In this document: piece by piece, positions 9,951-17,551 of the stretch
Position numbering within the stretch: position 1 is the first letter of the stretch
Layout: every line of letters starts with the position of its first letter
Source of the DNA: an uncultured Verrucomicrobiota bacterium
GTDB lineage: Bacteria > Verrucomicrobiota > Kiritimatiellia > CAIQIC01 > Lenti-01
NCBI GenBank assembly: GCA_937860055.1
Contig: CALMBO010000014.1
Span: 25,132-89,131, forward strand
DNA: 64,000 nt
Reading direction: 5' to 3'
Notes under the pieces: model-generated
What the model saw: only the letters and a program-made list of their open reading frames with translations
Database searches by the model: none
What the model was told of the DNA's origin: nothing
Program-made: the position numbers and the translations under genes

Positions 9951-10670
9951 GACGGAAGCCTGTTGGTAGATATTCTGGCCAAGGCCTATCGAAAGGCCAA
10001 GAAGAATACGGACGGATCAAATATCCAAAAAGATCTCTCCGCATTTTTTATATCCTATGGAATATTGCCCATTGCACCATTGGGAAGGCCATTCTTAGGC
10101 GAGAACATTAGATTGAATCGGAAAACTGGAATACCGAGTCATAATTATGGAGAAAGCGACCATATTTGGCTGAAAATAGTTTGGAACAAGCTGTTGGCAT
10201 TTGAGATATTTGCTATGGCGGAATTCTCATTGCCTCATCCGATAATGATGCCGGTCCTGCCGCTATCATTGCCAACGACTAAAACAGGCAATAATGATCT
10301 TCGAGAGAATGTCGAGGTAACGCCAACCTCATTGCCTGTGTACATCAACATCCTACAGTCTCCCGAGGTGTTGGCGAACTACATTACTGCTTTTGCGGAG
10401 CAAGGAAGAGAGTCTCGCCTTTTGCAAATGCCAAAACAAGAGTCGGACTATAGAAGCGTTAAGACCGACGAGAGCAAATACGAGCGGTATCTTGATGCCC
10501 TTGATCTGGATTTGAAGTGCCAAGAAGGAGTACCATACGGCGATAAGTATGAATATTTTCAACGATACAACGACTTCCATAATCCAACTGGCGACGCCAT
10601 CATCACGTTTTACAAGGATTCAAGAAGATGTGCCCGGTTGTACCGTGATAAATACCGGCTAATTGTCTGA
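9660..10670 (+). CDS. hypothetical protein (up to 336 aa; alternative start at 9804)
   Basis: Long ORF co-directional with the plus-strand operon. It overlaps the 5' end of the minus-strand ORF at 8901-9950. No recognised domain. Confidence 0.35.
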   Translation: MRSRLFGFHRNSGFLFVHMYNLECTQSNVNPERSPPVISKTKPSRHDLMIRVYADILRGIHYRHEFARRDPVVRNKCEGIIDALGSNHESFSAFEAQDGSLLVDILAKAYRKAKKNTDGSNIQKDLSAFFISYGILPIAPLGRPFLGENIRLNRKTGIPSHNYGESDHIWLKIVWNKLLAFEIFAMAEFSLPHPIMMPVLPLSLPTTKTGNNDLRENVEVTPTSLPVYINILQSPEVLANYITAFAEQGRESRLLQMPKQESDYRSVKTDESKYERYLDALDLDLKCQEGVPYGDKYEYFQRYNDFHNPTGDAIITFYKDSRRCARLYRDKYRLIV

Positions 10671-10827
10671 TCGCCCGCATTTACTCCTGACTCTTTAAGT
10701 TTCCTGTTTCTCGCCTTGATTGTCCTCTCAGGGTGAAGCCAGACGTGTGCCCAATCTCCCCCTAGTGCCGGTCGCTTATGTAATATAGAGACATTAAATT
10801 AGCCACAGTTAACTAAAGGACTGTGGC

Positions 10828-11613
10828 ATGAAAAAGACATCCAAGACGGCGCCGGCAAAAATGGCCGGCAAGACATCTGAGCCCACCGGGCAGACGGCGA
10901 CCACGAAGCGCGCCCGCCAAGTAAAACCTTCTGGATGTCTGGAAGGTTCAGCCTCAAGCGGTCTGCCGAAGAAGAATGCCGACGACATCATCGCCATGCA
11001 TGGCGAAGAGGCCTACAAGTACTACTTCGACAGCGAGGACGGGAAGTATTCTATCGGAGCGGAAGCTGGCGGGGCTACAAAAGAATTGCGGGGGACCGAC
11101 GCGCGCGTACCCAATGAACTCTATGTCTGTCGGGCTCTCTCCCAGTACCTCCAGAAGAAAGGGATAAGGGATGTCTCGTCCTCGACGATCTATGACTGGA
11201 TGCGTTCCGATGAAACCCGCAAGGCGCTTGGCGGTAAAGGCAAGGCTCCCAAAATCTCTATCAGCTTCTATGTAGCCGTCAGCCGGGATGACATCCCAAT
11301 TGAGAAGCGGCGGGAACATCTCGAATATGCGATTAAACATTCACTGACAGTCGGGGGGCTCAAGGATCGTATCTTTGGGAGAGAGGGGGTAAGTGGGATC
11401 GGCGATGGCGATGCTGCAGGCGAGGGGGCCATATCGGACATCGCAACAGCCGAGCGGATTATCAGCGAATCCCGGTCGTTATTGTTGGGCCATTATGAAG
11501 AGTTTCGCTCAATCGATCCCGCGCAGAACAGTAGTTCCATCGCTCTGCTGGAAAACCTAGCAATCTATATCTGGCAACTGCGGGACGATATTGCCAACGG
11601 CGGACCTAAGTAG
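10828..11613 (+). CDS. hypothetical protein (261 aa)
   Basis: ORF preceded by an inverted repeat that embeds the RBS. No recognised domain. Confidence 0.55.
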   Translation: MKKTSKTAPAKMAGKTSEPTGQTATTKRARQVKPSGCLEGSASSGLPKKNADDIIAMHGEEAYKYYFDSEDGKYSIGAEAGGATKELRGTDARVPNELYVCRALSQYLQKKGIRDVSSSTIYDWMRSDETRKALGGKGKAPKISISFYVAVSRDDIPIEKRREHLEYAIKHSLTVGGLKDRIFGREGVSGIGDGDAAGEGAISDIATAERIISESRSLLLGHYEEFRSIDPAQNSSSIALLENLAIYIWQLRDDIANGGPK

Positions 11614-11624
11614 GGGGATGACGA

Positions 11625-12797
11625 ATGAAATCGCTGAAACACATTCCCGATGTATCGACGAAGAACATGGGCAACAAGGATAAGACCGGCGTCCAAGCCG
11701 ACGGCACCAAGAAATCTCTGCTGAAGGCCATTTCTGAAGCCATCGGCGATTGTCCCGAAGGAGTTATCGACCTGACCGCCGGGAGTCTTGCGGTATCCCT
11801 GCATCTGAATTCCATTTGCGGGAAGCGGGTAATCGCCAACGATTGTCGTAAGGCGTCATATTACACGGGGCTGGCCTTTTTCAACAGCGATGGGGTGGTT
11901 ATCGGGGCCAAAGATATCGAACTGCTCCAACATGGTGGTCTTGTCGCCGGTCCCGTAGTCAAACTGCTCGAGTCAGTCTTGGGCAAAAATAACGCAACGC
12001 AATTTGACCGGATCATCCGCAACCTGGGTTGTCTTGCCGGTGCCGGTGCCGAACAGAAGCGTATCATTGCGATAGCCGGCATCCTCCAGGCTATCTCCGG
12101 AGCCCTCAACGTCTACCATCTTCGGGGGGCCAACAGGGACTGCGGTGCCGCCGGGAACGAACATCTCAGGGATGCCGATCTTATCTCCGAATGGCGGGAA
12201 TGGGTCCTTGTCAAGCATCCGGAGATCGCCAAGGGGATTACCCTCGGTTGCGAAATCTACAACGAAGACGCCGTCTCGCTTATGCAGGATAAGAAGCCTT
12301 CAGCATCCTGCCTATATTTAGATCTTCCATACGGAATAGGAAATTATATTGCCGACCTTAAGGTCTTCGAGGACATCTGCAATCTTTGCGAGGGGAAACG
12401 GCCAGGCGACCCGGTATTCGGGCGCCCCGCTCAACCTAAACATCGGTTCGACAACCGCATCGACTACATTGGCAACCTGACGAAGCTGCTTCTGGGGTCC
12501 GACCATATCCCGCGCTGGGTGATTTCCATTAATACAAGTTCGCCCGTTAAGCCCGAAGAGATTGTCAGGATTGTCCGGTCTTTTGGCAGGAAATGCGAAA
12601 TCCGGCGTTACAAGGTCTCCCTGGCAACCAACCGCAAGAGGGCAACTCCCCTCGAAAATTATGAATGCTTGATCATATGTACGCCAGACGCCGAGCTTGA
12701 AAAACAAATTTCAGGCATTCGCAGTCGTTTCGAATCAATGGCCAGTTCCCGCCGTCTATTGTCTCCGAGTACGGGGAACAAACAGGAGCGCAAATGA
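11625..12797 (+). CDS. N6-adenine DNA methyltransferase, Dam-like (alpha-class) candidate
   Basis: An N-terminal AdoMet-binding-like block (VIDLTAGSLAVSLHLN) resembles Dam FxGxG. A downstream DPPY-type motif reads CLYLDLPYGIG. The motif order (FxGxG then DPPY) fits the D12/Dam class. Confidence 0.55.
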   Translation: MKSLKHIPDVSTKNMGNKDKTGVQADGTKKSLLKAISEAIGDCPEGVIDLTAGSLAVSLHLNSICGKRVIANDCRKASYYTGLAFFNSDGVVIGAKDIELLQHGGLVAGPVVKLLESVLGKNNATQFDRIIRNLGCLAGAGAEQKRIIAIAGILQAISGALNVYHLRGANRDCGAAGNEHLRDADLISEWREWVLVKHPEIAKGITLGCEIYNEDAVSLMQDKKPSASCLYLDLPYGIGNYIADLKVFEDICNLCEGKRPGDPVFGRPAQPKHRFDNRIDYIGNLTKLLLGSDHIPRWVISINTSSPVKPEEIVRIVRSFGRKCEIRRYKVSLATNRKRATPLENYECLIICTPDAELEKQISGIRSRFESMASSRRLLSPSTGNKQERK

Positions 12798-12906
12798 AAG
12801 GGTCGGGTCTGACAATCGATTTTCGCTTTGGCGAGTGTCCAAGAGCGATGGAAAGAAGAAACGCCCAATAGGGCATAGGCCGAATAACCAGAAGGACGAG
12901 GAAGAA

Positions 12907-13218
12907 ATGAAAAAGATACAAGACGGGCTCAAGTACGACACCGAAACGGCGACCCTTGTCGCAGAAGACTGCAACGGGCACGACCGTAGCAATTACAACT
13001 ACTGGACAGAGCAACTCTACCGCACACAGAACGGTCGGTGGTTCGTGTACAAGGCTGGCGGGGCCAACACCCAGTATATGGTCAAACTCTGCGATGGGCG
13101 AGGCTTCGGAGAGTCCATTGAAATCCTCGACGATGAGGCAGTCAAGGAGTGGCTCGAAGAGCACAACAAGGGCGAAGCATACGAGAAGTACTTCGGCAAC
13201 GAAATCAAGAATGCATAA
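12907..13218 (+). CDS. small hypothetical protein (103 aa)
   Basis: A good Shine-Dalgarno sequence (AGGACGAGGAAG) precedes the ATG at 12907. The longer 12697 start lacks an RBS. No motif. Confidence 0.4.
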   Translation: MKKIQDGLKYDTETATLVAEDCNGHDRSNYNYWTEQLYRTQNGRWFVYKAGGANTQYMVKLCDGRGFGESIEILDDEAVKEWLEEHNKGEAYEKYFGNEIKNA

Positions 13219-13281
13219 AGCAATAGGGGATACCTGCAGACAAGACTCCGCAGGGGTCTCCACTAAAACAAAGGCAATGAG

Positions 13282-14109
13282 ATGAAATCACATAATCAGA
13301 TCAAAGAATCGAAAGTACACCCCCGTCCCGCCAGCGGAACTGGCGAATGGGCAGAGGAAAACATCAACATTCAGACCGGCTGCAACCGGGACTGCAAATA
13401 TTGCTATGCCAAATGCATGGCGGTTCGGTTCCGCCGCGCGACACCAGAATCGTGGCCCGACCAGGTTGTTGATGAGGCCAAGGTAAAAAAGCATTACGGT
13501 AAGTCGAAAGGCCGGGTTATGTTTCCCTCGACCCACGACATCAGCCCCGAAAACATCCAAGACTGTCTGCAGGTCATGGATTGTTTGCTGAAGGCCGGTA
13601 ACGACATCCTCGTTGTCAGCAAGCCCGAACTAGCCTGCATCAAGAGCATCTGCGCCAGATTCATAAACAATAAGCGACAGATACTCTTCAGGTTCACCAT
13701 CGGTTCAGCGGACGATGCAATTCTCACAAAATGGGAGCCGAACGCATCCTCATTCGGCGAGAGGCTAAAATGTCTCAAGCACGCTTACGCATTAGGCTAC
13801 GGTACTTCAGTCTCCTGCGAACCGATGCTGGATGCCCAGGTTGGCAAAGTCATCAAAGCCGTATCGCCATTCGTCACCGACTCGATCTGGTTGGGTCGGA
13901 TCAATCGGCTCCGCCAGACAATCGCGATCAATTGTCCTGGCGACGAAAGCATCAAAGCGCTGGCGAACCAATTACTGGCAGAGCAGACCGACGACTGGAT
14001 TCTGGCTCTGTATAATAACTTCAAGAACAACCCAATTATTCGATTCAAGGACTCCATCAAGAAAGTGGTGGGTCTTATAAGGCCGACAATAAAAGGGTTG
14101 GACATATGA
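13282..14109 (+). CDS. radical SAM protein, SplB/COG1533-like (DNA repair photolyase-type)
   Basis: CxxxCxxC motif embedded as GCNRDCKYCYAKC, matching the GC...C.YCYA pattern of COG1533. Size is about 275 aa. Stop overlaps the next start. Confidence 0.6.
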   Translation: MKSHNQIKESKVHPRPASGTGEWAEENINIQTGCNRDCKYCYAKCMAVRFRRATPESWPDQVVDEAKVKKHYGKSKGRVMFPSTHDISPENIQDCLQVMDCLLKAGNDILVVSKPELACIKSICARFINNKRQILFRFTIGSADDAILTKWEPNASSFGERLKCLKHAYALGYGTSVSCEPMLDAQVGKVIKAVSPFVTDSIWLGRINRLRQTIAINCPGDESIKALANQLLAEQTDDWILALYNNFKNNPIIRFKDSIKKVVGLIRPTIKGLDI

Positions 14110-14957
14110 ATACTATGGACGGGAGAGATTCCCGGCAGGAGACAAGAAGCAAAACCTCTGACAACTCAGGGGATGACCAAAAGACAGAAAGAGAAGCCAT
14201 GAAAAAGAAAAATGCGAAAAAGATGAATAACTCAATGAACATCAAGAAACAGGAGGATGGTATGGGCAAGCAAGATGCGAATGGTGAACGCTTGGGTGAT
14301 TGGTTGAAGCGGGAAGAAGAATGTAAGCAGGCGTGGTATGCATTCATTGCAACCCACGAAATACCCGATGAAATTCCGACAAGACCAGACATGGTTTACG
14401 CCAACGAAGGATGGAAAGGCTGGCAAGATTGGCTGGTGTCGCCTGATTCGAAAGGAAATATGGCCAGAACGGTCAAGGAACCTAATCTGCCAACTCCCGA
14501 CGAGTGCTTCATCTCCGTAGTATTCGACGAATGGCTGAAGGACAGCCATTGCCTGGACTCCATGGAGGTGTGGGATGCCGACCCGAAAAGGCCGTTCCGT
14601 TTCAATGCAATCATAGAATTCACCACCCATCAGGGGCTTTCAAATGGCAGTGACCTTGGCTTTCTGATGGTTCAAGAGGCAATGAGTCGCATTATGGAAA
14701 TTGGCCATTCTGCCGGACTCTGTACCTGCTGCGTGGTTCAAGCGGTCGGACAGGTCAGTCTGAAGAAAAGCGACGGGAATGCCTTTGCGAAGGAACGCCT
14801 GGTTGACAACGGGATGGACGAGAAAGATGCCGAGGTGTTTCTCCGCAGCGTCTCGTTGTATCTCAATGTCATTAGCGACGAATGGCCGTTTAAGTATGTC
14901 GGCCCGAGCGAGACATCTGATGACAAGGCAATGGATTCTGATGGAGGCCATCCATGA
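14106..14957 (+). CDS. hypothetical protein, paralogue A of an unrecognised family (basic disordered N-terminus)
   Basis: Shares the blocks EWLKDSHCLD..WDADPKRPF.FN and EWPF.YVGPS..DD.A with the ORF at 15417-16127. Confidence 0.6.
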   Translation: MNTMDGRDSRQETRSKTSDNSGDDQKTEREAMKKKNAKKMNNSMNIKKQEDGMGKQDANGERLGDWLKREEECKQAWYAFIATHEIPDEIPTRPDMVYANEGWKGWQDWLVSPDSKGNMARTVKEPNLPTPDECFISVVFDEWLKDSHCLDSMEVWDADPKRPFRFNAIIEFTTHQGLSNGSDLGFLMVQEAMSRIMEIGHSAGLCTCCVVQAVGQVSLKKSDGNAFAKERLVDNGMDEKDAEVFLRSVSLYLNVISDEWPFKYVGPSETSDDKAMDSDGGHP

Positions 14958-15175
14958 GCGATAAGAAACTGATCTACAGGGCAACAAAGGCTTACTACCA
15001 GCATTGCCTCCGCAATGGACAAATATTCAGCCAGCCCGACAAGGGGCTCTCGGAGGTGGATGGCGACTATGTTGTTCTTCGCAACTGCGATGGAGTGCTG
15101 GCGTTGTATTGGATTACGGACAATGGACTTCATTTTGTCGAACACTCGGATTCGGAGGCTAAGGAATATGTTTGA
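14954..15175 (+). CDS. small hypothetical protein (73 aa)
   Basis: ATGA start/stop overlap with the upstream gene. Confidence 0.4.
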   Translation: MSDKKLIYRATKAYYQHCLRNGQIFSQPDKGLSEVDGDYVVLRNCDGVLALYWITDNGLHFVEHSDSEAKEYV

Positions 15176-15416
15176 GAAGGCAAGCAAGGTCTCCGAGGCC
15201 TTAAGCACCTCCAGCTCCCCATTGGGTCGTTGGCTCTGCAAAGATCTCGACTCAATGGGACCCCTAGGCCAACTGGCCTCTCCGCTGTTCAAGGCCGGCG
15301 CCTCTTCGCTGCCTATGCAAAGGACTTAGAAATCTATTAAGGCAGGAAAGCCAGCGAAAAGCCCAACAGCTCGCCCTCGGCACTCTGCATCGGTCTGCCA
15401 ATAGGTCAGAAAGAAA

Positions 15417-16127
15417 ATGAGGAGAAAAATGAAAAACAAAAAGAGCGCCAACATGGACTCGGGTGCAAAGACCGACATCAAAGCGATAAGAAAACCTAAA
15501 GACATTCATGCTGGAGTAGGAGAACTGGAAGAAAGACTTGAGCGTCTTCTTGGCTTGTTCCGGAATGTTCCAACGACATCTATTGGTTGCGGCGAAGAAA
15601 GCGCATTTCAAGCCGTCCAGAATGTGATTGATAGTCTAAAATATGCGCTTTCAACCTGTGAGGTTGTTGCAAATCAATGCTTCGTATCTGAGTTAATCAA
15701 CGAATGGCTGAAGGATAGCCATTGCCTCGATAACCAGGATGCGTGGGACGCTGATCCGAAAAGACCATTCCCATTCAATGAGGTTATGGCCTTCATTGAC
15801 AAACATGGGCCATTCGATAGCAAGGATCTCAGAACCTGGATGACCGGAGTGGCGCTCAGGCGCATGGTCGTCATTGGGCGCTCGGTGGATATCAGTAGAG
15901 CCCTTGGGCTGATTCGGGTGGTCGGACAAGTTAGTCATGGGAAAAGCCGGGAGATCTCCAAGGCGATGGATTATCTTGGCGAAGCTGGACTATGTGCCAG
16001 TGAGGCAGATGAGTACCTGCGTTGCGTTTCATTGTACCTCAAAGTCTGCCGTGGCGAGTGGCCGTTTGACTATGTCGGCCCGAGCCAGTCGGCAGACGAC
16101 GAGGCCAACTCAAGGTCTTCCCCATGA
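15417..16127 (+). CDS. hypothetical protein, paralogue B of the same unrecognised family
   Basis: Carries the same conserved blocks as 14106-14957 (EWLKDSHCLDNQDAWDADPKRPFPFN ... EWPFDYVGPSQSADDEA). It has a basic N-terminus. Confidence 0.6.
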   Translation: MRRKMKNKKSANMDSGAKTDIKAIRKPKDIHAGVGELEERLERLLGLFRNVPTTSIGCGEESAFQAVQNVIDSLKYALSTCEVVANQCFVSELINEWLKDSHCLDNQDAWDADPKRPFPFNEVMAFIDKHGPFDSKDLRTWMTGVALRRMVVIGRSVDISRALGLIRVVGQVSHGKSREISKAMDYLGEAGLCASEADEYLRCVSLYLKVCRGEWPFDYVGPSQSADDEANSRSSP

Positions 16128-16223
16128 ACCAACCCCTCCAGCCCAGCATTTCCCAGGCCATGTGCCGAGATATACAAAAATCTGTCGCTGTATAATGAGT
16201 CATCATCAAAAGGAGTAATTAAT

Positions 16224-16757
16224 ATGTCGAATGTATGTAGAAATCAAATACTAGTCGTAGGTCCTACCCCGGGCCTCGCCCGGTTCAAGCGGGAAGCCTG
16301 TAACTTCAAGTCCTACGACGATCCGCACGTCGATCTGCGCATGGACAAACTTATTCCACTGTCAGTCCTCTCAGCCAGAGAGCGCGAATGTTTTGGTTGC
16401 TACGGAGATGTCGGTGGTACCCGACTCAGGTTTAGAGATTCAAAGTCCGGCTTTGGCTGTCTGGACTTTAAATTCGACTCTTCGGATTGGGCACCAATTG
16501 AGTTCCTACAGAAGACATCTGAACTTTATCCAGATCTGGAATTTCATCTCATTCATACTGTAGGAGATTCTTGCCGTGCAGGAAAAGTCACATATTTGGC
16601 CGGGAAGCCAATAAATGAAGTCCGGGTGGCGTACATCGATCCCGATGACTGTCTCGATGAATACCTAGATCGACCCGGCCTGGTCCCATGGATGGAAGGC
16701 CTGTTCAAAAATCCAGATTCTCCTATGCCGAATCACAATGAGGGCGACCCTGAATGA
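16224..16757 (+). CDS. hypothetical protein, member 1 of a second paralogue pair
   Basis: Strong RBS (AAAGGAG). An upstream TGTATAAT extended -10 lies at 16189-16196. The N-terminal N.C.N.L.V.G block and the C-terminal YP.L.F.LI...G block are shared with 16920-17441. Confidence 0.55.
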   Translation: MSNVCRNQILVVGPTPGLARFKREACNFKSYDDPHVDLRMDKLIPLSVLSARERECFGCYGDVGGTRLRFRDSKSGFGCLDFKFDSSDWAPIEFLQKTSELYPDLEFHLIHTVGDSCRAGKVTYLAGKPINEVRVAYIDPDDCLDEYLDRPGLVPWMEGLFKNPDSPMPNHNEGDPE

Positions 16758-16816
16758 CCGTCCGCCTCCAGCATGATATGGCCATTGGGTTCGCCACCAG
16801 AAAGGCGTCCGCCTCG

Positions 16817-16850
16817 CGGCCACCTGACCCATACCCCCGCACCCTCCAGC
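16817..16850. repeat. about 33-bp intergenic motif GGCCACCTGACCCAT..CCGCACCCTCCAGCC (copy 1)
   Basis: Near-identical copy at 17448-17480. A shorter CCCCTCCAGCCC version occurs at about 16134-16145. Each copy lies just 3' of a cargo gene. Confidence 0.6.
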
Positions 16851-16919
16851 CAATCGGCCTCCAGAAGGCCCGAACCTATACGCGGTATAATCGAATAAGA
16901 AAACAAAAGGAGAAATATT

Positions 16920-17441
16920 ATGCCTAACTACTGCGAAAACCACTTAACCATCACAGGCCTTCGCAAGGACCTTGAAGTCTTTCGCGACAGCGCTGCTTTA
17001 CTAGAAGCGTCTTCCGAGGGTGATGAGGCTTCCCCCTTTTGCTTCAGCAAACTAGTGCCGGTCCCGGAACCCCTATTCGATATCAAGGATTATGAATACG
17101 ATTGGAAGGAGGAGCATTGGGGATGCCATCGGTCTGCAGAAGACGTCGATTGTTTCCTGTTCTGCGACGAAAATGGAAGAGGGCAGCTTGTCTATGAGTT
17201 CCTTACTCCCCGGTCGTGTCCTGTTAAGTTCATCGAGGGGATTTCGGCTAGATATCCGAACCTGACATTCTCCTTGATTGCCTTTATAGGGGAAGTCCAG
17301 TCTGCCGCGCTATATATCGCCCGTCGCGGCATCATATTTACCGAAATTGTGGGACATTACGAAGCGTCTCTGATGGATGATGCCTTTCAGGAAGGGCCGT
17401 ACACCTCATGGCGATTTATTCCGCCCCAGGAAGGCATCTAG
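16920..17441 (+). CDS. hypothetical protein, member 2 of the second paralogue pair
   Basis: RBS AAAGGAGAAA. An upstream GGTATAAT -10 lies at 16884-16891. Sequence blocks are shared with 16224-16757. Confidence 0.55.
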   Translation: MPNYCENHLTITGLRKDLEVFRDSAALLEASSEGDEASPFCFSKLVPVPEPLFDIKDYEYDWKEEHWGCHRSAEDVDCFLFCDENGRGQLVYEFLTPRSCPVKFIEGISARYPNLTFSLIAFIGEVQSAALYIARRGIIFTEIVGHYEASLMDDAFQEGPYTSWRFIPPQEGI

Positions 17442-17447
17442 CTGAAG

Positions 17448-17480
17448 GCCACCTGACCCATGCTCCGCACCCTCCAGCCC
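17448..17480. repeat. about 33-bp intergenic motif (copy 2)
   Basis: Matches 16817-16850 with a few mismatches and one indel. It starts 7 nt after the stop of the upstream gene. Confidence 0.6.
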
Positions 17481-17551
17481 CAAGCCCCCAGACGGACCTT
17501 TTCGAAAATCCACAACAGCGTTTAGGTGGTTCCGGAGGCTGAAAAAGGCCG

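Noticed and set aside
10954-11340. 128-aa minus-strand ORF (and other 60-130 aa antisense ORFs throughout the element)
   Set aside because: Lies fully inside a longer, better-supported opposite-strand gene (10828-11613). No RBS or motif.
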